DNA of 64,000 nt from a virus (IMGVR_UViG_3300024346_008124:1-64000), one strand, 5' to 3'; counted from the first letter of the stretch, positions 47,127 through 58,617 are shown. Numbers and translations are program-made. Notes: a model not told the origin generated them from the letters alone.

Positions 47127-48739
47127 TATACATCTCCATTAAATTCCCAAGTTTCTGATTTATTGTACGATCTTGTCTGCGGGTTCCAAGACTCTGTAGA
47201 AGAAGTTAGGAAAGCATTTCCAATAGGTCTATAGGGGGCTATAGCCACTGAGCCATCCGGTTTACCCAACCCTCTTTCCATAACTGCATCAACAGTAATT
47301 GTTCTATTACTAACTTGCGTAGTTCCTATATCTTGAATTATTGGGCCAGCCGCTCTTCCTATGACCTGTAGAGAAGCTATTAATTTTTGCTCGCCCCTGT
47401 CGTTGCCGTAGTTTATCGAGACCCCTTCTGTGACGGCACCCGGAATTTTAGGCAGGTCGAAGTCATTAAAAGACACGCTATATGTTATAGTGCCTGAAAC
47501 CTTATTATGACCTATACTTTCGCTAAGTTTACGGCTTGTATTAAGATTAAATTTCCCTCCAGAATCTTTATAAACTTCATCAGCTAAATTCGGCAATAAC
47601 ATCCTAACTGCATTAAAGCCTGACGCAGCACCCGCATACTTATCTATTTTTGTGTTAGAAGATTCTAGAGTATTTAACCCTTGAAACGTAGCGCTTACCG
47701 AAACAGTCGCACCCTGTCCATCGGGAGTATTTTCAAAATTAAAATCTAAGCTGTGAGTAGACCTAAATTCATCTTGAGACAACACCCAAGTGTCTGTTAC
47801 GCTATAGCTCCCCACATTCTGATCAGAAGAAACGGACCTAACATGATTATACCCTCTGTATTTTATATCTCCGCTCTTCAAATTAAAACCAAGCTCATCC
47901 GGCTTTCCGGGCATATTCATTTCTATAGGAAGAAACTTACTACTAAAGAAAGTTTCATCACCCATTAAATCTTCTGCTATTTCCACTCTAGGATCTACGG
48001 CAAGATCAAGCCTACTCTTGACCCATAAAACAGCCTGCCTAAAAGCCTCGCCGTCTGTGGCGATAGATCCAGATTGATACTTCTTTAAACCCGTAGCAGA
48101 AACAGTGTGGCTAAGAGTGTATGTTTTATGAAGATTGTCATTTGTGGAATTGGGGCTATCCGCCTTATAAAAAAATCCGTCTGCCTCGGCAAGTTCCCAA
48201 CTTTCATCCACAGAAGATAATTTATAGCTAGGCTTAACTGGTCTACCTGTAGAGCCGGTATTAGTATTATTAGAATCATCTTCATAAGCCTCAAAAACAA
48301 ACGAATATTCTAGAGTTTGAACACCAGCACTTTCTTCACTTTGCTCCGGTAAGTCAACGCTCATAAGTTTAGCGTCATCAAAAACCATAACGTTAGAAAG
48401 ACCGCCATAAGGACTTATTTCAAGTTTACCAGTACCCTGATTAGGAAAACTCTCTCTTAATAGCTGCATAGAAGTTAAAGCTTCGCCCATCACACGGCTT
48501 TGCCTTTGACCTTTTACAGTTATATCCTGAGCGCTATCTGTAGACTGTATAATAGCCGTTCCCGTTACACTTATAGAGAATTTAGTACCCATATATGTGC
48601 CGTCACCAGTAGAAAGATTTTCCCTAGCGATAGAATACCTAGGCATTGGACCTATAAGGCCACCCGCACCTGCTGGCATCCCAGAAACGCCACCGATAAC
48701 AATCTCTCTTGAATCTTGATTAGATGTATAAAGTATCAT
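47126..48739 (-). CDS. putative tail/baseplate protein
   Basis: 537-aa beta-rich ORF coupled to neighbours, downstream of the tape measure gene. Confidence 0.65.
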   Translation of the reverse strand: MILYTSNQDSREIVIGGVSGMPAGAGGLIGPMPRYSIARENLSTGDGTYMGTKFSISVTGTAIIQSTDSAQDITVKGQRQSRVMGEALTSMQLLRESFPNQGTGKLEISPYGGLSNVMVFDDAKLMSVDLPEQSEESAGVQTLEYSFVFEAYEDDSNNTNTGSTGRPVKPSYKLSSVDESWELAEADGFFYKADSPNSTNDNLHKTYTLSHTVSATGLKKYQSGSIATDGEAFRQAVLWVKSRLDLAVDPRVEIAEDLMGDETFFSSKFLPIEMNMPGKPDELGFNLKSGDIKYRGYNHVRSVSSDQNVGSYSVTDTWVLSQDEFRSTHSLDFNFENTPDGQGATVSVSATFQGLNTLESSNTKIDKYAGAASGFNAVRMLLPNLADEVYKDSGGKFNLNTSRKLSESIGHNKVSGTITYSVSFNDFDLPKIPGAVTEGVSINYGNDRGEQKLIASLQVIGRAAGPIIQDIGTTQVSNRTITVDAVMERGLGKPDGSVAIAPYRPIGNAFLTSSTESWNPQTRSYNKSETWEFNGDV

Positions 48740-51700
48740 TCCGAAAATCCTCTTGTAAAGATATTTAAATTATTACTTTCTGGGGTCTTTGTTACAAGGT
48801 TCATCCCGCTATTATGAATATTAGCACCGTCAACATAAAGATCTTGAACCCCAGAAGATATTCTGCTATCTATGAATAAGCTAGCAGCGTTTGCAACCGG
48901 CCTCTGTATAAATATAGGAACTACACCACTTTGTATAGTATTACTAGAGATGGTTAGAGAAACTTCTTGATTAACCTTAGTAAACACATTCCCTGTATTA
49001 TTCCCATTCATCACCATAGTTATAGAGCCACTCTCTATAAACGACCCATTATCGCTAACGACAGGAACAAGGGTTTTAACTACCATAGAAACAGCGTTGA
49101 CTCCACTGGCGCTATCTGGAGCATTTAGATAAAAGCCTACATCGCTAGCAAAGGTGTTCTCAAACATGCCGGATATAGATAAAGACGCCTCGTTCTGATA
49201 CAATAAAGATCCGGGCGTATAGTTAGACCCTTCCGGTATTGTCTGTAGGAATAGGGGCGATAGGCTATCCGAGTTAATCTCTTTACCAACAAACAAAGTG
49301 GTATTATTTATATCTGAAACATTTATAGAACCTTGAACAAAAGTTGAAACATTTCCGATATTAGATGCGGCGCTAGGTATAGTTATCAGTGATGCATTAT
49401 TGTTAAGCTCTCGATTCCTAACAAACAGATTAGCCTGACCATCAAAATTACTAACGATACCGTCAATATTGAGAGTAAAATAAGGATTGTCAACCGTTTC
49501 TGTACTTAAACTCATGGTTTTAAAGAAAGATAAATTATTGACAAACAACGGAGACAGCCCGCTGTTAGGAACTCTTGGAGAAAGCATGGTAAGCGGAGCT
49601 AAACCGCTTGGCCCAAAGCCTAAATTATAAAGCGAAGTAGAGCCACTACTAGAAAACGGACCCTTTATAAACAAAGTCCCATTAGGAGATCTATCCAAGT
49701 TGACAACTGAAATCTTCTGCACCCTTATGGACTTATTAGCAACGTCAGAAGCAGATCCTGAATTTAGCTTTAAGGAAAACTCTCTAACAACCAAAAGCTT
49801 GTCTTGTGATCTAGCCTTGAATTTTTTTATAGAAACTATTCTAGACCAGCGATAAATATTATCTTCAGAAAAACCGCTTAATCCACCAGCATCGTAAGGG
49901 TTTATTTCAGACTTAATAGAGCTAGGGACAAAACTCAAAATACCATCAGAATTTTCATAACTAAGACCAAACACAGAATTATTTCTAAGATTATAAATAG
50001 TACTGTCGTTTTGATATTTACTAAATCCTAAGTCTATATCCTGAGATAGTGTAGCATCAGACCAAGACAAAACATCTTCTTTTCCTAGTATCACAACATT
50101 AGAACCAAAACTGTCGCCAGAAGATATATTAGACCCGTCAGGAAGCGATACATCGGAAGCAGAATAACTCTTAACCAAACTAGGAGTGGAAGATATATCA
50201 AACGAATACACTTTGCCCGCATTAACAATCTCCGCTCCGTCTCCTCCCGGCTCAGAAACAACCAGAACACCTTCACTGTAATCAAAATCATAACCGAAGA
50301 GAGCAGACTGCCCAGTGGAAAGTTGACCACCCCTGTATGAAGACAGATTGGAAAGAATGTTATCAGACGTAAAGCCCTTTGAGTATACAGCGCCATGATA
50401 AGCCCAAGACTGGCTTGCAGCAGACCTCTTGTATATATATACAGCGCCCATAGCATTAGGCGTATGAGAATCTTCTAAAGTATTAAACATGTATGGGTCA
50501 AATAACGTTGCGCCAACAAGCATAATCTTATTACTTGTATTATGCTCATCAAAGATCTTTACAGGATAACCAAATCCTGTTTTTCTCTGTTCTTGAACCA
50601 CATAAGCGGCATTAGTAGCATAATATGAGGAATCTGAAAGATCAGAAAACTTAACAACTCTCTCAGAAGTAGAGTAATCATCGCTAGCTAAAGATCTCCA
50701 TACCTCACCACCAGAACCTTGAGAAATGCCCCTTCTGTCAAAGTAAAGATCCTGATAATCAAAAGCCACATTATAACCAGAGTTTTGCTTGTCTGTATCT
50801 TCTCCCGTTTCCTGAAAAATTAAGAAGCTATAGTCTTTACTACTGCTAAACCCGGTTTCAAGGTCTTGATATCCGGTAATTCTAAAAATAGTTATTACAT
50901 TGAAAGTGGTAGAATAAACGGTTAGATCTTTTCTGTAGTCAACCCTAATCCTGAAAGATATGGCGCATTTATTGTTTAAAGACAATTTAAGATCGTTTAC
51001 AGAGATTTGACTATTTTCTAATACAATATCAGACTTAGCAAACTCTTTGTCGTGAATGCTTTTTACTTGCTCGTAAAGATCGTTCCTTAATTCATAAAAT
51101 GCATCTAATACACCACCGGTGGGTTCATTGGCTTGGGCAGCAGAGTCCGCAGGATAAAATCTTATAATTCCATTTTTATTTTTTTCTCCCTGTTGGCTAA
51201 CGCTTCCGTCTTCATTGACGGTATACATATCCAACTGAATACTTTTACCAATTATACAAGCCTTTGCCAAGTAATCATCATTTAAATCATAGGCTTCATT
51301 TTTAATAGTAGAGTTGCCCGCTCCTACCGCGTCCTGCCTGTTGTTATCTTCGTAAAATGGCTTGATTAAATTTTGCCCACCCAAGGTAGAGTTTACCAAA
51401 GCCGGATCTCTAGACTCTAACCCATCTACAATCACAGGAGATCTAAGGGCGGCAGACATAAACCAAAGACCGTCTTTAGAGGAACGATCATACCGCATTC
51501 TGTTTTTAGTATAAAGACCTTGATTGATAGGGTTGCACACTACGGAGTTTGATTCATATGTTCTACCAGATAAAGTTTTTGATATAACATCCTCTTTACC
51601 TTCTCCAAAAATACCACCCCTGTCAAACAACTCACTAGAAAGTGAAGCTGCAACCGTAGTATTCGTGTCTCTATTAGAATTAGCAGTATCTAATAACCCT

Positions 51701-54700
51701 TCATTGTAAAGAGTCGCTTGACCCGAAGCGAATTGCTGCGACTTTATGAAAAGATCAGAAAAATTTTCATGTACATCAAATTGATCGCCAGTAAACAAGT
51801 TAAACCCTTGAACTCCAGAAGCTTTAGAAGCTATGCTTAGGTTCATAACGCCAGTTGCTTCAGGATGTTTTACAATAAACAGCGGCATTGCACCACTATT
51901 TATAGGATTCATGGTCAAAGTTGTAAATTTATTCTCTGGAACAGAAGCTACCGTATAAAGATTGGAGAAACCATCATCAAAGAACATACCAGACGAACTT
52001 AGAGTAGCGCCCTTACTAATGTTTGCGTGAGACTGAATGTTTAATGGGATCGTTCCTGTATTTAAAATAGGACCAACCGTAAACAAGTTGCCAGAAGCCG
52101 TAACGGGAGGGGCGATGGTCAGAGTGATATCGCCAGTTACATCTGGAGCGTCAGTAAACAGAGTGGCAACCGCAGAGGGAGCGATTTCAAAAGTAAAAAG
52201 CGACATATCCTTGTTATCTAACAAAGCCCTCAAGAAAAGATCCTTGCCTCTTTTGAACCCATGCACACCCGTCCAAAGTGACGCAGCATTATTAAGCTCA
52301 GTAAAACCCGTCACCACAAGATCTACATCGCCATTATCAATCTCATGAACCTTTGGAATAGCAAGGTCAATATAGCCTTTTTCTGTAGGATTAGAATTTA
52401 TAAAAAGACTTAAATATTCTGGAGACTGAAAATCAAATCCACCAAACAAAGTATTTGAATCATAAAAACTTTCTCCTATCACATAACCAGTAGGAGGGCT
52501 TACGTATTCTAAGTTACCAGTGTCAGAATCTAAATATATATTTGAGCTTGTACCTCTGTAAGAATTAAACACACTCTCAGTATTCACAACCTGTAAAGAC
52601 TTAGAAAATGAACCATCTTTAACGCTAGAAGAATCTGAAGAAGCAAAAGATTCACCAATAGCAATTATAGGGTTAAACTTTTTAAGACTCGTACTTCCAA
52701 ATCTTTTGTCGTTAAACCCATAAGCAAGTTCTTTACCTTCAAATCTATCCCTGTTAGCTTCTGGCACAGGAACTAATTTATTAGCGCCAAACTGAGAATA
52801 AATTTTAACCTCGCCACCATCTACATATACTTCTCTAACACTGTCTCTTTCTTCTTCGTCGTATCTGAAAACGGCTATCTTGTGGAAAGCGTTTCTATAT
52901 CTTCTGCTAACAAGTCTTTTCTTAGAAATTGAAGCATCTAAATTTCTAACCTTAGCCCTAAGCTCATAATTGAGTTGATTTAACCCCAGATCTGTATACT
53001 CTACCTCTGCACCATTCGCCGTTTCTTTATAAAAGTTTACATCAAAAGCATATGGGTATCTGGCATCTGGAAAGTTTCTTCCATTTGCATCTGCCGCATG
53101 TATATATCTAATTGGCCCAACATCAAAATTTAAAGAAGGCTCTTCATGTTGAGTTTGACCCGTAGTAATATCAAAACTTTCAACGTTTGTCAATACAAAC
53201 CCTACTGCCAAAGTGTAAGTTATATTTTCAGCACCTTCGTAAATATTAGCCGTATCATTAAAGCTTCCAGCTACAGTAGTGGGCCTGTCATTTGCGGCAT
53301 CTTTTACCAAGCCACCCTTTATTACAAAATCCCTAATATCTTGAGCAGATAATGTAACAGAGTATCCAGTTGAGTTAGCTTCCGGTAAGAATATTTTAGC
53401 GTATGGCAAAACGTGTTTTCTTTCTTGCGCAGAAAGATGCTGATATACATCAGGAGCTATCCAAGCGGGATCACCAGCATCACCGCCGCCTCTTGATCCA
53501 GCGGTAAGATCATAATATTCTCCAAGGTTTATATTTCCACCGTAAAGATATCCAAGCGTTTGCCTTTCTGGAAACTCCATAGTTCCTGTTTTGATGAACG
53601 AACCCGGAAGTCTACCGTAGAAAAACAAATCCTGAGCGCCACCTCTGTAATAACCGGGATACATGTCTGAATAGTATTCGTTATCTGGACCAGCGTCCCA
53701 TCTCGGCCTACTCCAAAGTCCGTTTTCGTATCTAGGATAAGTTGTTGATCCGCTTCCATTTGTGGCTGGACCGTTTTCTATAACTGTAGACCTAGGGTCT
53801 TTACTATACAAAACCAATCTCGGAATTATATTGTTGGTGTCCTCACTATTTGAGTTGGTTTCAAAGGCGCTGAATATATCTTCTTCCAATATATCAAAAT
53901 TAATTGTTACATCTTCAACCATATCCAAACTATCCAGAGGCAGATTAAAGAAAAGCAATGGAGTTTTATTAGTTCTAAACTCAGATACGTCCCCACCAGA
54001 ATTTGCACAGTCATATTCTGTGGTGGATTGAGGAATATAGTTGTAGCTAAGTGAGGTAGTAGATTTTAACTTCTTAATAGACGTATCTTCACTAACTCCT
54101 AGATAAATAGGAACCCTAGCGCTGTATGGCTCTGAGATAGAAAGTGAATCATTTTGAGAATAATCTCTATCAAAAACCGAATACTCTAAAACATCTTTAA
54201 GTATTATCTTTTTGCCCGCTAAGTCGTACCTATTAGTAAGATCAATATCCCACGCAGAAGTTGACAACGAGTTGTTGTCGTGATTAAAACCATTCTTAAT
54301 AGGTATTAAGTAAGGTAATAAATATTGTGCGCTTTTGAAATACTCAGAATAATAATCTTCCCTAGAGTCATCTATAGCTGGAAGAATTTTTTGAGATTCC
54401 TCAAAAGTAGAAACATTTCTCAACATTTCATAAACAAAGAGTTGATCTATAAAATGTCCATCTAAACCAGAAACTCCAGCTATTAAATTACCACCTTCGT
54501 CTGTTTGACTTAACGCATTACTTACAAACAACTTATCTTGATATTTAAAATCTAAACCAAAACCTTCTCCTACGTAAGTGGCGCTAGATACAGTTTCATC
54601 TAATTTTTCTAAATCAAACGGTTTTGATATTGACTTTGAGGGCTTGAACTTTCCATCAAAAGTAAACAAATGAATGATAGAGTTACCTTCTGCAAGATTT

Positions 54701-57700
54701 TGCTCACTCCAAACTATATAGTCATCATTCCAAATAATTTTACTACAAGACAACTCAGAAGAAGTTATAACTTCTGCCATCCCCGTCCCGCCAGCGGTTC
54801 CGGGCATGAGCTTACTGTACTCTATTTCAAAGTCAGTTCCGGGCTTAGAGTTTTTAAATATCGCCTCGCCAGTAGCAAACCTTCCGCCCCTAGAACCGCC
54901 AGAGTTAAATGGCATGTAATCAACATTACGATAAACGTTAGAGCTATCTTTGTATAAAAAGTGAGCAGTAATTTGTCCTAGTTCGCTAGTAGTTTCTTCG
55001 ACTGTTAAATTAGCGTTTGACGCAAGCACTGGCTGTTCAGCCGCATTAGTCATATCTACTTGAGATTTACTTCTTGAGGCAGAAAGAATAACTGTCTTGG
55101 GGCTTGCTGCTGGGTAGGTAGTTGGATCTAAATCGCCCAAGTCTAGAGAGATATCATTTTTTATTGCTACAGACTTACCAAAACTATCAACCCAAGGAAA
55201 TACTGCCCAGTATTGAATTACAGATGGATCTCCAAACAAGTCATCGTTTGGATCTCCAAATCGGTCAATCATTTTTAAACCAGAACCTTCTCCAAATCTT
55301 GTTAAAACACTTTCTCCAAAAAAAGAAGTAGAAGGAATGGTTTTTCTATCAGTCACTAGGTTTCTGTCTAAGACATTATTAAAATTAGAACCGCCCGCAC
55401 TTTCTTGTCTAGAATATCTATTGGCTATATTTTGACCATCCCAATGAACAAGCAGGCTTCTCAACCAGTATCTAGAAGAAAGCCTCTTAGTGCCACCGGA
55501 ATTTCTTGCTAAAGTTCCTAAAGTTTCATTAAAATCAGAAATATTAGCGAAGCTCACAGCTACAGAATTTCCCTCGTCACTTATACCCATAGCCGGATCT
55601 TGATAAAATCTGTAATTACGCACTCTATACAAAGATTCAAAAGTACTCCAAGGATTATATTCTATGCCAACAGTATCATTCTTTCCGTAGTTGGATATAG
55701 AGTTACCGCCACCAAACACAGTATCTTCATGTGCTATATCACTAATCTTACCATATTGATCTATTGTGATTGATATTAAGTGAGTTCTGCCGTATGGTAG
55801 ATAGTAAGGTAGTACCTTTGGCTTAAACGTTTGTTGTAACTCTGAGCCATTCCATCGCATAGAAGGTTTTTCAAAAAGCTGCTCTTGAGGTATTTGCCCA
55901 AACAAATCCACAGAAACATCAGAGCCTCTTTCTCCTACTGCCAAGGTATAAACCTTACTAGTGCCAGAATTATGAGAAAATTTTAAATCCATACTAGAAC
56001 CAAATCTCATTCCGGGGTATGGAGATCGTATGTCTTCACCCTCTTTGGAAGCGTCTGGTAAAACAAAATGAGACAAATCATCTTGACAATTGTATGGAAA
56101 AAAGTCCTGCATACCCCTTTTGGGATCGTCTATAGGTGTTGTATAGCTTTCAGAAAAAACAACAGGGATATTATCTTCTAAGTCTTTACCTAAATTAGTA
56201 TTGACCCAACTTCCAAGCGGGCCGATTCCCGCGCGGGCAAATTGAGAATCACCAAGACCATCCGAGCCGTAATTGGAAAATTTTCCCATTTCTAAATTTA
56301 TAGTTTTAGAAGTCTCTTTGCCAGTATAATTATTTTTCCTAGATAGTGTACCTTCACTAGAAGCCGGGCTAGAGCTTTCAAAAAACGATTTTATTCTTTT
56401 GCTAGTAAAGAACGAGTCTTTTGGAGCTAAGAAGTTAGTAGAAAGTCTGTCGGTATGAGAATAGCCATTTCTTCCCGTAGGAGAAAACATCGTGCCATAA
56501 TAATCCCAAGACTGTCCCAGCGAACCAAAATTGTTGGATATACAGGTCCAAACAACACCATCTGTTGTTTTTAAGTTGAGTGTAGAAGTAGGCTCTCGAA
56601 AAAACTGATCATCATAAATTTCAAAGGTGTTGTCATCCACTCTTTTAATAAACTTATTACCATTTAAAGGATGTATGTCAGCAACGCCGTTTTGACCACC
56701 ATCAAATACAGCAGAGGAAATTTTAATAACATCGTTTGTGTTTAGATTATGACCCGTAGAGCTTGCAGAGTTATCAACTAAGGAAGATATTATACCCCTT
56801 TTCCTAGCGTAGATATCAACCTTTCCACACTTGCGGACTGGCTGAAACTTCATAATTTTTACTTCATGTACTTCAAGACTTTTTGATCTAACACCATTTT
56901 CCGCTCCGTCTGTAGTGTTTTTAAAAGTCTCAAAATCATCAAAAATTCCGTCAAAGGTTTCGTTCTGCCCCCAGTTGTCTTGTATAGAAAACTGAATACC
57001 AACTTTTACAGATTCTTTTATTAGTCTTTTACCGTTTATAGTCCTGATATTCTCAGGTTGACCAATCACTAAATAATAGTAACCAACAATTCTATCGTTT
57101 AGAAATTTTAAATCTTGATCGCCTTCAAATTGCTCATTTATAGCACGATTGAAGCCGGTAACTTCAGGATAGCCAGCCTGCTTCCAATCTCTAAAGTTTT
57201 TTAATTTACAATTAGTGATTCTGGGACTAGGATTAGTTTGACCGATCTTTCTTACTGGATCATAAAATTCAATATCTTTAGAATTTAAATAATCCCTTTT
57301 TATTGTTTCTGTTTGCCCGCTTGAGTTTTTAGCAGTAAATTCAGCACCACCTTCTACAGCACCACCAAACATAAAGTACATATTTTTAGGTAGCTTACTT
57401 TCTCCAGTGCCGTTTTTCGCAAGTGTTACCTTTACTATTGCGCTTGAGTATGAATCGAAATCGGAAGTAAAGTTATGTGCATCCGGCTCATCGGTAAAAG
57501 ATTCCGAATCCGTACTGTAAACTTTATCAAAATCAAAATGCAGGGCTTGGGTTTCAAAACCTAAAGTTCCAACCCTTCTAATTGAGGTTATAACGGCATC
57601 ATCACCGGCCTCAGTACCACTGCCCCCGCCGCCGCTCGGTACATAACCGTTGTAAGTCTCACTACTCACATTTAGGAAACCTATAGAGCAGCCGCCGCTA

Positions 57701-58617
57701 GCCATGTAGGAATCTGAAGCGTAAGACAACAATATAGCATCTGTACAATCTTTTCCAGCAGAGCTAGAAGGGGTAAGATCAAAAACGAAAAAACCGCTGT
57801 AAGTTTCACTACCTCCCCCGGAAAAACAATAATGAGTTCCCGTTACAGGAATACTGACCTGCGTGTTTGCACAACCTCCACCAGTACAAGAACAAGCGTT
57901 CTGAACCTTGGTTCCAGTTATAGTACCTCCCCAGCCGCCATCGTTTGGTACAACTGCGTTTAGCGTCCAAGTCGAGGTTGAGGGGGTGTATGTTACTGTG
58001 ATGTCTCCAGTAGGACTAGATCCTTCAAAGTTTGAGGCCCACGATCCGCTTGATGTCCAACTAGCAGTCCCCGTTCCGTCATCAGTACCAGTCCCCGGAT
58101 CTTTTCCGCCCGCTCCGGGGGCAAACTGCTCTACGTTAAAAAATTGCCTCAAAGCCTGTGGGCGATCTCTTCGTCCGTCTGTAGATGGTCCAGCAAGCAC
58201 TATATCTTTTCTGTGGATGTCTGTATATTCATCCTGAGCAACAAACGCTATATCATCTAGAATTTTAATATCGTTAGGAGTCCAAGTATCAGTAAACTCT
58301 ACTTTTCTTCTACCGCCCGCTATGTCTGTAGCAAACCCTAGCGAATCATCTGCATTAACTCTCGATCTTGAGGGAATCTGCTCCATAGTGCTAAATTTTA
58401 AAGATGTAGGCTGGGAGTCATCAAACCTAGCAAAGTTTTTAGCTTCTATAGAATTGGCAATACTTTCCCAATTGGTAAAGTGTTCTATGCCTTGGGCGGT
58501 AGTTTTAATCCCTAAAGGCATAGCTTTATTCTGACCATCTTTAACTCCATCCGAATCGGACTTCATAAATAAAGATGTTCCTTGCTGATTTTTATTTGAT
58601 TTAAAATAATCTTGCAT
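48736..58617 (-). CDS. giant putative tail/adhesin protein with FG-GAP-like propeller blades and beta-repeat arrays
   Basis: 3293 aa; FG-type blades (RFGSSMDL, SFGKSVAI, FGYDFD...NAGKVY, GAVYIY); tandem xxLF/Y repeats. Confidence 0.75.
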   Translation of the reverse strand: MQDYFKSNKNQQGTSLFMKSDSDGVKDGQNKAMPLGIKTTAQGIEHFTNWESIANSIEAKNFARFDDSQPTSLKFSTMEQIPSRSRVNADDSLGFATDIAGGRRKVEFTDTWTPNDIKILDDIAFVAQDEYTDIHRKDIVLAGPSTDGRRDRPQALRQFFNVEQFAPGAGGKDPGTGTDDGTGTASWTSSGSWASNFEGSSPTGDITVTYTPSTSTWTLNAVVPNDGGWGGTITGTKVQNACSCTGGGCANTQVSIPVTGTHYCFSGGGSETYSGFFVFDLTPSSSAGKDCTDAILLSYASDSYMASGGCSIGFLNVSSETYNGYVPSGGGGSGTEAGDDAVITSIRRVGTLGFETQALHFDFDKVYSTDSESFTDEPDAHNFTSDFDSYSSAIVKVTLAKNGTGESKLPKNMYFMFGGAVEGGAEFTAKNSSGQTETIKRDYLNSKDIEFYDPVRKIGQTNPSPRITNCKLKNFRDWKQAGYPEVTGFNRAINEQFEGDQDLKFLNDRIVGYYYLVIGQPENIRTINGKRLIKESVKVGIQFSIQDNWGQNETFDGIFDDFETFKNTTDGAENGVRSKSLEVHEVKIMKFQPVRKCGKVDIYARKRGIISSLVDNSASSTGHNLNTNDVIKISSAVFDGGQNGVADIHPLNGNKFIKRVDDNTFEIYDDQFFREPTSTLNLKTTDGVVWTCISNNFGSLGQSWDYYGTMFSPTGRNGYSHTDRLSTNFLAPKDSFFTSKRIKSFFESSSPASSEGTLSRKNNYTGKETSKTINLEMGKFSNYGSDGLGDSQFARAGIGPLGSWVNTNLGKDLEDNIPVVFSESYTTPIDDPKRGMQDFFPYNCQDDLSHFVLPDASKEGEDIRSPYPGMRFGSSMDLKFSHNSGTSKVYTLAVGERGSDVSVDLFGQIPQEQLFEKPSMRWNGSELQQTFKPKVLPYYLPYGRTHLISITIDQYGKISDIAHEDTVFGGGNSISNYGKNDTVGIEYNPWSTFESLYRVRNYRFYQDPAMGISDEGNSVAVSFANISDFNETLGTLARNSGGTKRLSSRYWLRSLLVHWDGQNIANRYSRQESAGGSNFNNVLDRNLVTDRKTIPSTSFFGESVLTRFGEGSGLKMIDRFGDPNDDLFGDPSVIQYWAVFPWVDSFGKSVAIKNDISLDLGDLDPTTYPAASPKTVILSASRSKSQVDMTNAAEQPVLASNANLTVEETTSELGQITAHFLYKDSSNVYRNVDYMPFNSGGSRGGRFATGEAIFKNSKPGTDFEIEYSKLMPGTAGGTGMAEVITSSELSCSKIIWNDDYIVWSEQNLAEGNSIIHLFTFDGKFKPSKSISKPFDLEKLDETVSSATYVGEGFGLDFKYQDKLFVSNALSQTDEGGNLIAGVSGLDGHFIDQLFVYEMLRNVSTFEESQKILPAIDDSREDYYSEYFKSAQYLLPYLIPIKNGFNHDNNSLSTSAWDIDLTNRYDLAGKKIILKDVLEYSVFDRDYSQNDSLSISEPYSARVPIYLGVSEDTSIKKLKSTTSLSYNYIPQSTTEYDCANSGGDVSEFRTNKTPLLFFNLPLDSLDMVEDVTINFDILEEDIFSAFETNSNSEDTNNIIPRLVLYSKDPRSTVIENGPATNGSGSTTYPRYENGLWSRPRWDAGPDNEYYSDMYPGYYRGGAQDLFFYGRLPGSFIKTGTMEFPERQTLGYLYGGNINLGEYYDLTAGSRGGGDAGDPAWIAPDVYQHLSAQERKHVLPYAKIFLPEANSTGYSVTLSAQDIRDFVIKGGLVKDAANDRPTTVAGSFNDTANIYEGAENITYTLAVGFVLTNVESFDITTGQTQHEEPSLNFDVGPIRYIHAADANGRNFPDARYPYAFDVNFYKETANGAEVEYTDLGLNQLNYELRAKVRNLDASISKKRLVSRRYRNAFHKIAVFRYDEEERDSVREVYVDGGEVKIYSQFGANKLVPVPEANRDRFEGKELAYGFNDKRFGSTSLKKFNPIIAIGESFASSDSSSVKDGSFSKSLQVVNTESVFNSYRGTSSNIYLDSDTGNLEYVSPPTGYVIGESFYDSNTLFGGFDFQSPEYLSLFINSNPTEKGYIDLAIPKVHEIDNGDVDLVVTGFTELNNAASLWTGVHGFKRGKDLFLRALLDNKDMSLFTFEIAPSAVATLFTDAPDVTGDITLTIAPPVTASGNLFTVGPILNTGTIPLNIQSHANISKGATLSSSGMFFDDGFSNLYTVASVPENKFTTLTMNPINSGAMPLFIVKHPEATGVMNLSIASKASGVQGFNLFTGDQFDVHENFSDLFIKSQQFASGQATLYNEGLLDTANSNRDTNTTVAASLSSELFDRGGIFGEGKEDVISKTLSGRTYESNSVVCNPINQGLYTKNRMRYDRSSKDGLWFMSAALRSPVIVDGLESRDPALVNSTLGGQNLIKPFYEDNNRQDAVGAGNSTIKNEAYDLNDDYLAKACIIGKSIQLDMYTVNEDGSVSQQGEKNKNGIIRFYPADSAAQANEPTGGVLDAFYELRNDLYEQVKSIHDKEFAKSDIVLENSQISVNDLKLSLNNKCAISFRIRVDYRKDLTVYSTTFNVITIFRITGYQDLETGFSSSKDYSFLIFQETGEDTDKQNSGYNVAFDYQDLYFDRRGISQGSGGEVWRSLASDDYSTSERVVKFSDLSDSSYYATNAAYVVQEQRKTGFGYPVKIFDEHNTSNKIMLVGATLFDPYMFNTLEDSHTPNAMGAVYIYKRSAASQSWAYHGAVYSKGFTSDNILSNLSSYRGGQLSTGQSALFGYDFDYSEGVLVVSEPGGDGAEIVNAGKVYSFDISSTPSLVKSYSASDVSLPDGSNISSGDSFGSNVVILGKEDVLSWSDATLSQDIDLGFSKYQNDSTIYNLRNNSVFGLSYENSDGILSFVPSSIKSEINPYDAGGLSGFSEDNIYRWSRIVSIKKFKARSQDKLLVVREFSLKLNSGSASDVANKSIRVQKISVVNLDRSPNGTLFIKGPFSSSGSTSLYNLGFGPSGLAPLTMLSPRVPNSGLSPLFVNNLSFFKTMSLSTETVDNPYFTLNIDGIVSNFDGQANLFVRNRELNNNASLITIPSAASNIGNVSTFVQGSINVSDINNTTLFVGKEINSDSLSPLFLQTIPEGSNYTPGSLLYQNEASLSISGMFENTFASDVGFYLNAPDSASGVNAVSMVVKTLVPVVSDNGSFIESGSITMVMNGNNTGNVFTKVNQEVSLTISSNTIQSGVVPIFIQRPVANAASLFIDSRISSGVQDLYVDGANIHNSGMNLVTKTPESNNLNIFTRGFSE

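Noticed and set aside
57908-58237. Opposite-strand ORFs in the track (e.g. 57908-58237, 38440-38808, 5974-6318, 33590-33958)
   Set aside because: Antisense shadows of long genes with clear motifs; no recognisable domains of their own
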